Part shown: positions 1 to 9,770 of the stretch, piece after piece
How positions within the stretch are numbered: the stretch's first letter is position 1
Layout: each line of letters begins with the position of its first letter
DNA from: an uncultured archaeon
Lineage (GTDB): Archaea > Asgardarchaeota > Thorarchaeia > Thorarchaeales > Thorarchaeaceae
Length of the DNA: 32,234 nt
Assembly: GCA_964558645.1 (NCBI GenBank)
Contig: CAZLEV010000023.1
Coordinates: forward strand, 1 to 32,234
Direction of reading: 5' to 3'
Made by a program: the position numbers and the translations under genes
Notes under the pieces: generated by a model
The model's database searches: none
What the model was told of the DNA's origin: nothing
The model's input: the letters and a program-made list of their open reading frames with translations, nothing else

Positions 1-404
1 GAGTTGATTCCGCACGAATTCCATATAGAGCCAATCTCGTCCCTGAGTGATTCCGACCTGGGAGACCAGTTTTCGCCTCCATATGCTGACGCTCGTGACC
101 TATCGACCAACATTAACGACCTCTGACCTCCCTCGTTCATTGCCTGACTTAAAAACAAACGCACAATAACAGTGTCTTAGAACACGTGTTCCAAGTATAT
201 CGATTTGCGCGGTTTGGTACCGATTGTTGTGGACTGTCCTAATGGCTTAATTTCGCCGCATCTGGGAGAGAAGTAACGTTATACACTTGACCTCCGACTC
301 GGTCGTTGTGTCATTGCATTCTAGTCTTCCAACGGATGTTGTCAGTAAGACTTAAGACGAAGCGAGCTGATTTAATTACGTTCATCAGAGAGGTGGGAAA
401 TCTT

Positions 405-2189
405 TTGAGATTGCCAAGAGTAACCTATTTCGTGATTGCTGCTTCTCTGCTCTTCCTACCGACGACTCTCCAAGTCTACGGTATCGTGTCAGCAGAGGCA
501 GTTCCAAATCCATCCGTGGATGAGATCGTGCGTCCCATCGTGACAAGCCATGGTGCGATGGTCAGCGACCTTATCAGCGGAGATATCGATGTAATCGGTG
601 GCATGGTCACTATTGACTACGAGTCCCAGCTGGACTCTGCCGAGAACGTCGCCACTCAGCGTCAGCTCGGAAACACCTATACTCAGGTCCTCATCAACTG
701 TGAGAAGTATCCCCTGAACATCACTGCGCTTCGGAGGGCAATTGCCTATGCCCTCGACAAGAACAACATCGTCGACACCTGTTTGGACGGACGTGCAGAA
801 CCACAAGACACAGTGATTCCTCAAGAGTTTCCTCTCTCCATCGAGAGTGACCTGTCTGAGACCTACTACAGCGCAAGCATGGGGAAGGCGCAGGATCTGC
901 TTACCGAGGCGGGCTTTGCAGACTATGATGAAGATGGCTTCCTCGACGCCCCCGATCACTCCAGTTTTCACTTAGAAGTGCTAGTTCCCGGAGCATACTG
1001 TGAGGGCACTCCATTTGAAACTGCAATGGACGCTCTGCAGATCAACAGCACTGTCGTAACAGATGTAGACGTCCTCGGCAGTTACATAGGCGAGATAGCC
1101 TACGGAAATTATGACCTTGCCCTGCTCGGGAGTTACTTCTTGGAGACCTCTCCCGAAAGCTTGATTCAGCACTTCTACTCTGAGTACATCGACCCCGAGG
1201 CCTCTTTTCTCAACATGGTGCGGTTTGCCAATGACACATTCGACAGCCTCTGCGATGATCTCCTTCAAGCCCTCTCTTGGGAAGATATCGTGTCCATATT
1301 CGCTGACATGCAGAGTCTTCTCTGGTATGAGTGTCCTGTGATTGTATTATATCAAAGGTACAAATTGACTGCCTATCGGACGGACACCTTCGCCGGATTC
1401 AGACACGACCCGCTCTTCGGTGCAGGTTCCTGGTGGACGTTCATGAATGCACATTTGATAAGTGGTTCAGGGGGTACGATTTCTTCGAACTACATCGACA
1501 GTTCCTATTCATTCAATCCGATGGATCATCCGGAGCGAGTCCTGACCCAGTTGCTCTGGGATACTCTCCTTGTACAGGGTATTGAGAACAGCATCGTGCC
1601 AAACTTGGCGGAGTCGTGGACCATAACAACTCACTCGGACGATGCAACGATTCCCTCAGGACACATGCGGGTAGCCTTCGAGATCTACGAGGGCTCAGGT
1701 TGTTCCGATGGGAGCTCTATCAACGCACACGATGTTGCTTACTCTCTGAACTACCACAAGTCAACAGGATCCATTCTGAACCCGTATTACATCGAGGAGA
1801 TGGTTTCTGCTGTTGCTGAAACGGATTATACTCTCGTTGTTGAGTTCTCCACAGAGTTCTTCTGGCACGTCGTTGACATCGGTCTGTCCCCCATCTTCTC
1901 CGATGGCTCTCTAGAGGGGATCAGTTGGAGCAGTTGGAATCCTAATCCTCCCTACGAGGAGCTGGTCACCACAGGCCCATTCAACGTGACAGCGAGGTCG
2001 AGCGAGTCGTTTACTCTGTCGCGTAATCCCCACTACCGCCGCCCTGGTACGATAACAACGACAACAACGACCACCGACACCGGGACAGGTGATGTGCCGG
2101 ATGGAACACTCCAGTACGCATTGATTGCAGGGGTTGGAGCCGCAGTGGTGGTCATAGTGGCTGTCGGTGTCATGAGGACGCGAAGATAG
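405..2189 (+). CDS. ABC-type peptide/nickel solute-binding protein (SBP family 5), circularly permuted, with Thr-rich linker and C-terminal TM anchor
   Basis: SBP5 motifs NCEKYPLNITALRRAIAYALDK, AQDLLTEAGF, IVPNLAESW, SDGSSINAHDVAYS and TTGPF...LSRNPHY. It has a hydrophobic N-terminal signal, TTTTTTT linker, TM helix and RTRR tail. The ORF is open from TTG 306; TTG 405 is preferred because of SD GAGGTG at 390-395. Confidence 0.85.
   Translation: MRLPRVTYFVIAASLLFLPTTLQVYGIVSAEAVPNPSVDEIVRPIVTSHGAMVSDLISGDIDVIGGMVTIDYESQLDSAENVATQRQLGNTYTQVLINCEKYPLNITALRRAIAYALDKNNIVDTCLDGRAEPQDTVIPQEFPLSIESDLSETYYSASMGKAQDLLTEAGFADYDEDGFLDAPDHSSFHLEVLVPGAYCEGTPFETAMDALQINSTVVTDVDVLGSYIGEIAYGNYDLALLGSYFLETSPESLIQHFYSEYIDPEASFLNMVRFANDTFDSLCDDLLQALSWEDIVSIFADMQSLLWYECPVIVLYQRYKLTAYRTDTFAGFRHDPLFGAGSWWTFMNAHLISGSGGTISSNYIDSSYSFNPMDHPERVLTQLLWDTLLVQGIENSIVPNLAESWTITTHSDDATIPSGHMRVAFEIYEGSGCSDGSSINAHDVAYSLNYHKSTGSILNPYYIEEMVSAVAETDYTLVVEFSTEFFWHVVDIGLSPIFSDGSLEGISWSSWNPNPPYEELVTTGPFNVTARSSESFTLSRNPHYRRPGTITTTTTTTDTGTGDVPDGTLQYALIAGVGAAVVVIVAVGVMRTRR
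2049..2081 (+). repeat. ACN-codon low-complexity tract encoding Thr-rich linker
   Basis: acgataacaacgacaacaacgaccaccgacacc = TITTTTTTTDT, just before the TM anchor. Confidence 0.7.
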
Positions 2190-2232
2190 CCTGCACACTA
2201 TCGGTCAGACCAAAAGACACGGAGGAATCACT

Positions 2233-3786
2233 ATGATATGTGGAAGAGATAAGGGGTTCTCCACTATCACAGTCCTGCTTCTTGTACTCAACCTTCTAGG
2301 TGTAGGATTTGGCTGGCTGTCAGCCGACGGCAAGTTTCCAGCCGATAAGCTGGGCAAATCCGAATACACTCGTCAGCCAGTTACAGAGTCAGACTACAGA
2401 GCAGATGCCGAAGACTACACTTCACATGCACCCATAACCATTACTTCTGACGCCAGCTTCGCAGCTAAAGCGGCCTCGGAGGGCTGGGTAGGCGATGGGA
2501 GCGAGGACGATCCCTATATCATCAACGGTCTTCACATCAACTCGACAGAGATATGCGTGTACATCACAAGTACGGTCGTGCATTTTGAGATCAAGGACTG
2601 CCTTTTCTCCTCTCCTTCAGGCACAGGGGCACCTGCTGTTGATCTTTGGTCGGTTACAAACGGCAGAATCAATAGTTGTATCGTTGATGCAAGTCGATCC
2701 GGGACTGGTTTCTTTCTCTCCGGTTCGTCCAATATGATCCTGACCAACAACACAGTCATGGGCAATGCCAAGGGATTCTCTATCATCGGGTCATCCGACA
2801 ACAATACACTCGTTGGCAACTCTGTTGTCTCCAACTCTGGAACGGGTTTCATTGTCCGCGACTCAAATAACACAGCACTGGTTGACAATACTGCTGTCGG
2901 TAACGCCTTGAGTGGTTTCTCAATAACGGCTTGTTTCAATAGTACATTGAAGAGCAATACCGCTACAGACAACTTTCTTCACGGGTTCATTCTAAGGGAG
3001 TCGTCTCAAAACATGATGAACGATAACACTGCCTCGTGCAGTGGCTTTGGGAGTGGAATTGTCATCTACCGTTCATCTAATCAGAACACTGTCACAAACA
3101 ACTCTATCACGAGCAACTCTGAGAATGGAATCTTCATCTACTCGTCATCTTCTCATAACACCGTGGTCGGTAACATCATATCGGCCAATTCCAAGGAAGG
3201 AATCCTGCTATACCCCTCCTGTAGCATGAACCGACTGTTCCTCAATGTAATATACGACAATACGTTCCCCCATGCTCGTGATGAAGGAGCAGATAACATG
3301 TGGGACGACGGAGTCTCAACGGGTAACTACTGGGCAGACTATTCAGGAACTGGTTCTTACTCGATTTCCGGCAGTGCTGCGAGTGTGGATCGTTATCCAC
3401 GACAATTTGTACATCCGACCCTGGATAGCCCAGAGGATCTCACGTACGAAGAGGGAACGATAGGACATGAAATTACTTGGAATGCCACCGCGAGCTTTCC
3501 TCTGTACTATATGGTGTACAGAAATGGCACGCTCATTGAGTCAAACGAATGGAACGGTTCTCAGATTGTTGTAAGCGTGGATGGCCTGCCTGTGGGGATC
3601 TACGAGTATGCACTCACGGTGGAAGATGCACTTGGTGGCACGGTCAGCGACACAGTGTTCGTCACCGTGTTCACAGAGTCCAACGGTGCATTTCCCGAAG
3701 AAATGGGCATTCTGATGATTGCCGGAGTAGTAGGTTTCGTCGTGGCGTTGGCCCTACTGTCATATGTACTGCACTCTCGTAAGTGA
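2233..3786 (+). CDS. Cell-surface right-handed parallel beta-helix (NosD/PbH1) protein with Ig-like domain and C-terminal TM anchor
   Basis: SD GGAGG at 2221, signal peptide, GDGSEDDPYII motif, repeated SxNNTLxxNxxxxNxxxGF/I turns, GNYWADY cap, Ig-like SPEDLTYEEG...DTVFVTV and terminal TM helix. Confidence 0.85.
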   Translation: MICGRDKGFSTITVLLLVLNLLGVGFGWLSADGKFPADKLGKSEYTRQPVTESDYRADAEDYTSHAPITITSDASFAAKAASEGWVGDGSEDDPYIINGLHINSTEICVYITSTVVHFEIKDCLFSSPSGTGAPAVDLWSVTNGRINSCIVDASRSGTGFFLSGSSNMILTNNTVMGNAKGFSIIGSSDNNTLVGNSVVSNSGTGFIVRDSNNTALVDNTAVGNALSGFSITACFNSTLKSNTATDNFLHGFILRESSQNMMNDNTASCSGFGSGIVIYRSSNQNTVTNNSITSNSENGIFIYSSSSHNTVVGNIISANSKEGILLYPSCSMNRLFLNVIYDNTFPHARDEGADNMWDDGVSTGNYWADYSGTGSYSISGSAASVDRYPRQFVHPTLDSPEDLTYEEGTIGHEITWNATASFPLYYMVYRNGTLIESNEWNGSQIVVSVDGLPVGIYEYALTVEDALGGTVSDTVFVTVFTESNGAFPEEMGILMIAGVVGFVVALALLSYVLHSRK

Positions 3787-4038
3787 TTCAGAGAGAAGGC
3801 TGTTTGCACGTGTTCTCACCATATCATCTATGCTGTTCAGCAGGAGTTGACGACGGGAAAAGGGCTAGGCCTATTCGATGAGATTCTTCGTCTCCAGCAG
3901 GAGGTGACAAAGTTCCCTGATTGCACCGTGGCCTCCATTGCACTCGCACACGTAGATGGAGGTTCTCTTCACAACATCCGATGCGTCTGCGGGACATGCC
4001 CCGAGGTCCACCATCTTGATGCATTCAAGATCATCTAG
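3787..4038 (+). pseudogene. Cys/His-rich putative zinc-binding ORF lacking a clean start (remnant, frameshifted or read-through extension)
   Basis: Open frame FREKAVCTCSHHIIY...FPDC...CVCGTCPEVHH directly after, and in frame with, TGA 3784-3786. The first in-frame start is TTG 3847, which lies downstream of the first CxC-HH motif. Confidence 0.35.
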
Positions 4039-4790
4039 ATTGTCACCTACGAACGGGGTTTTAGAGAGGATTAGGTAGTCGACTCGATGGATACGCTTGT
4101 ACTCCGAATAACAGCAATCGGTCAGTTAGTGTTTCAAGGATTTCTATCGTTGCGGTCCAGAACCGATTCTTCTATGATTTGGTCGATGAATCATTGTATG
4201 CTAGTCCCTTCAGCGTTGATGCTGTTTCTCTGGGAACCCTGCATCTAGCACCGCATTGAAGAAAAGGCTATACGTCGCTTTCTTAGACTGGGCACATATC
4301 TCTCACTATCATGCCTTCTCCCACTTCATATGTGGAGAATGAACCGTTCCGGTTGTTCCATACACGATACACATGCTCTCTCCTGCGGGCACATACCTTA
4401 GACTACAGCGGATAGCATTCCATCCAGCATGAAGAGAGAACTCAGGCCTCCCGACTCCAGTAACCCGGCAGCAGTCAGGATGAATGCATCGGAATTATCA
4501 GATGAAGAGGGCAACAGGAAGTCAGAGATACAAAACTCGGAGTAGGATGCCTCGGCCAGCACAGGATACCCCGCCAGAGTGGTCTTGATGTGTCTGGTGC
4601 CGCGGTATGCTTGAAGGCTCTAACCGAGATAAGGACACCGTCATCCGATTAGCCTTTTCTCGGGCTTGGAGTTGTCATTAGTTCCGCGAGAATACCATTT
4701 CTTTAAATACCGTTCTTACAGAAGTGCCAGAACAGGAAAGGTCCCCATAAAGAATAGTTTCTCTGTATTCCGTCAGAATCAGAGGTGGAA

Positions 4791-5711
4791 ATGATGAAGC
4801 CATTGCGAGTCCTATATCTCTGGAATACTGCGGGTGCTTTGACGCCTGTGGCCGATTGGTTACTCGATCATGGACATCAAGCTAGGATACTCATGAGTAC
4901 AGAATATGACCTCTTCGGAAGCACATCGTGTTCTGATGCGGCGCTCATGGTGGATTCGGTCATCTCATACTATCTGGAGGTCCTCCGACACCTTCTCGTC
5001 TTCCAGCCAACGCATGTTCATATCAATGCAAACATTCCCTCGCTGATATTGGCTCGACTGCTGAAACCGACCACTCCCATTGTTTTCCAGTACCATGGAA
5101 TTGAGGTTCGCTATCGCGATAGGGTCCATCCCGAGATGGCATTGGCAGATAGAGTGATTGTATCCACGCCGGATCTGAGGGATTATGGTAGATGGTACGA
5201 TCGTCCAGTTTCTAAGATGTTCTACTATCGTGGAGGTAGAGAGCCAAATACAGCGGTTATGTTCTATGCTGACTACTTCATGGAGGATCTCCGCAGAGAG
5301 GCTAAGCAATGGTGTGAAGAGCGAAACATTGACCTCAGAATCATCCAGCGGGGCTTAGATCCTATCATCCCTTATGCAGAGATGCCTCAATTCCTATCGA
5401 AGTTTGAGTATTTCATGGACTTCAAAGGATATGGAGACCCCGAGGCGATCAGTCGACTGGCGCTTGAGGCCATTGCCTGTGGGTGCAAGATTGTCAGTGA
5501 CACCGATCCGACACATGTAATCGATGACTACGATTTGCCCAAGCCTGAGGTTTACTACGAACTCTACACTGATATGAAACGCCCTCCATTATCTATTAAT
5601 CGTCAGGTCATCGCTCTCCGTGGACTCATGAAGTGGGGTCTTGGCTCGCTCGCTCCGATCCCCCGACCTCCGCCCCAGCGTCAGTCATCGAATTTCCAGG
5701 AGAGGATTTGA
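4791..5711 (+). CDS. GT-B fold glycosyltransferase (GT4-like)
   Basis: LRVLYLWNTAG N-terminus, FQYHG, IPYAEMPQFLSKFEY and ALEAIACGCKIV (ExxACG motif); SD GAGGTG 4782-4787 before ATG 4791. Confidence 0.75.
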   Translation: MMKPLRVLYLWNTAGALTPVADWLLDHGHQARILMSTEYDLFGSTSCSDAALMVDSVISYYLEVLRHLLVFQPTHVHINANIPSLILARLLKPTTPIVFQYHGIEVRYRDRVHPEMALADRVIVSTPDLRDYGRWYDRPVSKMFYYRGGREPNTAVMFYADYFMEDLRREAKQWCEERNIDLRIIQRGLDPIIPYAEMPQFLSKFEYFMDFKGYGDPEAISRLALEAIACGCKIVSDTDPTHVIDDYDLPKPEVYYELYTDMKRPPLSINRQVIALRGLMKWGLGSLAPIPRPPPQRQSSNFQERI

Positions 5712-5759
5712 CATTCAGTTGAGAACCGATACGGCATCCGGCTATGCGGAGGTTTCCCG

Positions 5760-6899
5760 TTGAAACTCCTTGTTCTGGGACCATATGGTGAGACCACCAG
5801 TGGGCCCTCACGTGTTCTAACTGAGGTAGTTGAGCGTCTGCCCTCGGGATTCGAAGTTCTCGTTCTCTCGCCGCGAAGGCGATCTGAATACTGGCGATCG
5901 GATGAAGATAGAGGGAACGTGAGAATCAGATTTCAGCCCTGTGGCCAAATCCCTGGATTGCCTATGTCACATCAGTGGCTAGAGATTCTTAGAACCAACC
6001 TAAAGCTTGCTGCTCTTGCATTCAACCCTGATTTGGTATGGACTCACAGCACGACACTCTTCACGGCCTATGCTCATAGCAGAATCCGGACCACTCCTGC
6101 TGTTGCCACAGTGCACGGCGTATTCGGGGACTACTACCGAGCCGAAGCAGAACAGAGGTCAAGTGGGCTCTTGACCAATCTATTCGTCATGCAGAACTAC
6201 CATTTGCAGAGATATGAGTTCAAGAATGCCGCCCATCTGACAACATACTCCGAATACTTGAAGAGCCTGATTCAAGAGGTGACCCCATCTGCAGAAGTCA
6301 CTGTCATTCCTAATGGTGTCAATGTGGAGCGCTTTAGACCATCGGTAGATGACCGTGAGAGAGTCATCCTGTATGTGGGCCGAATGGCGAGAATCAAAGG
6401 AGTACATGTTCTCATCAGGAGCATGAAATGGGTGACTGAGAAGCATCCTGAGTGGCGATTATGGCTGGTTGGGGGCGCATTCGACCAACCTCGGTCCTTC
6501 TTTGAAGACCACATGACCCCAACAACACGGAAACAGATTGAATTCCTCGGCCAGATTCCAAACGAGGAGCTTCCCGCCCTTCTCAGTCGCGCAGGCATTT
6601 TTGTTATGCCAACTCTGCGGGATGGCTTTGAGATAGCACTGATGGAGGCGATGGCCAGCGGGATTCCATGCGTCACGACTGGTGCTTACGAGCGCACGGA
6701 GCTCTATGGTGGCTACGCTGAAGCTGTTCCTCCTGGAGATGCACAATCTCTGGGTAGATGTCTGAATGAGGTAATCGGCCACTATGACGAATACACAGCA
6801 GACTCCGCCGTGGCAAGGAGAGTGTCCAGAGCGAGGGAGTTCTCTTGGTCCAAGATCGCAGATAGATATGCAGAGCTATTCAGGAGAGTGATTGAATGA
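5760..6899 (+). CDS. Glycosyltransferase family 4
   Basis: VATVHG, VIPNGVNVERF, ILYVGRMARIKG, DGFEIALMEAMASGIPCVTT and FSWSKIA; SD GGAGGT before TTG. Confidence 0.92.
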   Translation: MKLLVLGPYGETTSGPSRVLTEVVERLPSGFEVLVLSPRRRSEYWRSDEDRGNVRIRFQPCGQIPGLPMSHQWLEILRTNLKLAALAFNPDLVWTHSTTLFTAYAHSRIRTTPAVATVHGVFGDYYRAEAEQRSSGLLTNLFVMQNYHLQRYEFKNAAHLTTYSEYLKSLIQEVTPSAEVTVIPNGVNVERFRPSVDDRERVILYVGRMARIKGVHVLIRSMKWVTEKHPEWRLWLVGGAFDQPRSFFEDHMTPTTRKQIEFLGQIPNEELPALLSRAGIFVMPTLRDGFEIALMEAMASGIPCVTTGAYERTELYGGYAEAVPPGDAQSLGRCLNEVIGHYDEYTADSAVARRVSRAREFSWSKIADRYAELFRRVIE

Positions 6900-7681
6900 C
6901 CAATGTGGCGATTATCATTCCCGTCTTTTACCGTGAACACCTCAAAAAGGCGATCCGCTCGGTCTTGTTAAACGATTGTGATGTTATACTCGTCAACGAC
7001 TCCGATGTGCCGTTGACATATGAGCACCCTCGAGTGACCGTCATCGACAATGGAATGAATCTAGGTGTCGGTATTTCCCGCAATCGAGGAGTTAGAGCAG
7101 CCCTTGATGTCGGATATGATCTTATTGGATTTGTCGATTCTGATAGTGTTCTGTCGCCGACTTGGCGAAGGGAATGCGAAAAGACTCTCCAAGACCCATC
7201 TATCATCGGCGTATCAGGACTCGCACTGAATCCCAATCAACCGTCCACAATCGCCAGAGTGAAGTATGTTCTGAAGGACTATAGCCGACGCAAGTCCATT
7301 CCGTTTCAGATAGACTGCTCACTCTTCAAGCGAGAGGCCTTCGCTCATGCTAGTTTCGGAAAAAGGCGAATTGCTGAAGACGCATTCTTCCTGCGTCAAA
7401 TAGACAGGAGTAGGCTGGCGGTCAATGAGGATACAATCTCGTATCATCACGAAGTGGACTCTGTGAGCGATTACTTCAGAAAGGAAATCGTGGGGGCACT
7501 GTATTCTCTCTCAGAGCCATTGAGTGTGGCACGCAGCTTCTTCCTGACTCCTTATACCTGCATGAAGATGGTTCTGCGGAAAGACCGACATCCTGACTAT
7601 CCGATTGCGGCCCTTATCTGGCTGATTCGTCAGGTGGCTTGGAATCTTGCATATGTTCTGGGTAGGATGGCTGATATCTGA
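6896..7681 (+). CDS. Glycosyltransferase family 2 (GT-A)
   Basis: IIIPVF, VILVND, NLGVGISRNRG, FVDSD (DxD) and IAED; ATGA overlap with the upstream GT4. Confidence 0.85.
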   Translation: MTNVAIIIPVFYREHLKKAIRSVLLNDCDVILVNDSDVPLTYEHPRVTVIDNGMNLGVGISRNRGVRAALDVGYDLIGFVDSDSVLSPTWRRECEKTLQDPSIIGVSGLALNPNQPSTIARVKYVLKDYSRRKSIPFQIDCSLFKREAFAHASFGKRRIAEDAFFLRQIDRSRLAVNEDTISYHHEVDSVSDYFRKEIVGALYSLSEPLSVARSFFLTPYTCMKMVLRKDRHPDYPIAALIWLIRQVAWNLAYVLGRMADI

Positions 7682-7696
7682 CTCACATGCTTGAAT

Positions 7697-8917
7697 TCAT
7701 CTGAAACCTAGCAGTTGAAGCAGATACTCATAGACCCGTTCGGATGCACCAGGCTTCTGGTACTCATTAATCAGCCGATTCACCTGTCTTCGTTGCTCAG
7801 CGTATTCATCGGATTCCCACAATGCCTTCTCTATGGCTCTTTGAAATACGGTGAATGTGTACACCTTCTCCCCGGGACACCAGAAATCATAGTCTGGATA
7901 GCATAGACTCTCTCTCTCAAGGAAGTCGTCCAAGTCATATGGAACGAAGATCATGGGTCGATCCAGTAGCATGAAGTCGCTTTGGATGGAGGAATAGTCA
8001 TTGATGAGCAGGTCCACTTCAGGAAGAACTTCGGCTATGTCCGGTTGTAACGCGTAGGGGAGGTTCCGAATATGGTGTGTTTCCTTGACCTCTCCCCCGT
8101 CTCCTTCGTGGGAACGGATGAGCATGAGAATCCTCTTCCCCGCACACCATTCTTCTAGTGCATCTGTCGTGAAATCCTCAAAGGGAAAGAACCTGACAGT
8201 GCCTTCAGTTCTCCAAGTCGTTGCATATAATAGAACCTTGTCATATTCAGGCAGACTAGCATACAATGTGGGTATTTTCTCTTTCCACCTCGACTCATCC
8301 AAGAGATAATCACACCTAGGATATCCTAAAGATAGGATTTGAGTTGGGTGAAGGGCGTGTGCATACGCTCTCATGTATGAGTCCAGACGTGAACATGTGA
8401 GAAAGGCAGTAGTGTACTGCATCCAATGCTCTGAGTCTTGGAGCATCTCTCTTGTGAACTTCTTCGAGGCATACCCATCTGCTTTGGGCCCGTGCCCATG
8501 CCAGAGATGTATCACATACTTCCTCTTGGATGGCCGCAGGTTTCCCATGTCCCCCAAGCTGTTTGTCATGAGAATAGTCTTTGCTCTAAGAAAGAGGTGA
8601 ACTGTACCCAATGATGGTCGTCGTATACACCTCTCGTACGGACTATCGGTATGATGATTCAAGAAGAAGTAGCACCGAAACGGATGACCTTCTCGATGCG
8701 CGATATATTCGAATAGTGCCTTCGAGTTTCCGGACGGATACGACCCACCTCGCGAGCCGAAGATTAGAATCGTCGAGTCCTTTGGCCATATATAGTCTAG
8801 AAATTGGATAATCCGTCGGAACCCTTTGGTGAGTATCTCTCTGAAGCGCATTCTCATTCTCTCCGTTTCTGAGGTGTCCTTTGGTTGGTCAGGCTGACTC
8901 GCATCTTGTTCCAGCAT
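7697..8917 (-). CDS. CDP-glycerol/polyol:glycerophosphate transferase family (TagB/TagF-like)
   Basis: Family motifs LWHGHGPK, GYPRCD, LYATTWR, IRSH, LINDYSS and DFMLLDRPMIF. Confidence 0.88.
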   Translation of the reverse strand: MLEQDASQPDQPKDTSETERMRMRFREILTKGFRRIIQFLDYIWPKDSTILIFGSRGGSYPSGNSKALFEYIAHREGHPFRCYFFLNHHTDSPYERCIRRPSLGTVHLFLRAKTILMTNSLGDMGNLRPSKRKYVIHLWHGHGPKADGYASKKFTREMLQDSEHWMQYTTAFLTCSRLDSYMRAYAHALHPTQILSLGYPRCDYLLDESRWKEKIPTLYASLPEYDKVLLYATTWRTEGTVRFFPFEDFTTDALEEWCAGKRILMLIRSHEGDGGEVKETHHIRNLPYALQPDIAEVLPEVDLLINDYSSIQSDFMLLDRPMIFVPYDLDDFLERESLCYPDYDFWCPGEKVYTFTVFQRAIEKALWESDEYAEQRRQVNRLINEYQKPGASERVYEYLLQLLGFR

Positions 8918-8933
8918 TATAAGGTTTCCAAAG

Positions 8934-9689
8934 TCAGGCCCAATAGCCCTCTTCGAGGAGCTCAGCGGCCCAATGCAGATCTGTGGGGGTATCGATGTCC
9001 TTCCATATAGCCCCCTCGACTGGCTTTACATAGAATCCCCGCTCCCTACTCGACTGCTTGTGGACGTATTCGCTGAGTGATCTCTTGTCTTTTGGGAGGT
9101 CAGCTATGATTTCAAAAGCATCTTGAGTCAGTTTGAAGATGCCCATGTCAATCATGTTCCACTGCGAGATATTCTTTCCGATTTTGACTAGCCTATGATT
9201 CTTCTCAGAGAGGATCTTGGTTGCATCGGCCAGATCCAGATAGTCCGGAATGCCTTCATTTCGATATTGTGCGCAGACATAGGGCGTGTTGACTGTGTCA
9301 GTAACGACACATTTTCGGTAGGTTGCAGGAGAGAAGAGGTGGTCTGACATCTGGAGGATAAACTCCTCATTAGACAGGAGGCCATCGCACGCTAGCAATG
9401 TGGCCGCATTTCCATCTTGCCAATCCTCTGATTTGACCACTACCACATTATCATAGAGATGGCCTTGGCTCTCAACATAGTCAACCATAGTTTCATAGTG
9501 GATGCCTACGGATATGAAGAGCCTGAAGTCCCCTCTTAGACAGACATCAATCGTCGAAACAATGTGATCGAGAATGGTCTTGTTCTCCAGCTCCAATAGG
9601 GTCTTGGGAATTTCTTGGTGTATTTCTTCAAGTCTTATTCCCAGACCCCCTGCGACAATAACAATCTCTTCCATCAGCATCGACACCAT
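8934..9689 (-). CDS. CTP:polyol/inositol-phosphate cytidylyltransferase-like NTP transferase (IPCT/LicC-like)
   Basis: VAGGLGIRL...PKTLL, FILQMSDH, DLADATKI, KIGK...IDMGIF and WKDIDTPTDL. Confidence 0.8.
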   Translation of the reverse strand: MVSMLMEEIVIVAGGLGIRLEEIHQEIPKTLLELENKTILDHIVSTIDVCLRGDFRLFISVGIHYETMVDYVESQGHLYDNVVVVKSEDWQDGNAATLLACDGLLSNEEFILQMSDHLFSPATYRKCVVTDTVNTPYVCAQYRNEGIPDYLDLADATKILSEKNHRLVKIGKNISQWNMIDMGIFKLTQDAFEIIADLPKDKRSLSEYVHKQSSRERGFYVKPVEGAIWKDIDTPTDLHWAAELLEEGYWA

Positions 9690-9770
9690 TATTTCTCGTG
9701 ATGTGCCCAGTAAGATGCACAGCTTGACTTCAGGATATTAGCTTTCCTTTCTCTGAGAACGAATTCATGG

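Noticed and set aside
4170-4510. Possible SECIS elements at ATGA sites
   Set aside because: I could not build a convincing helix with a GA quartet by eye.
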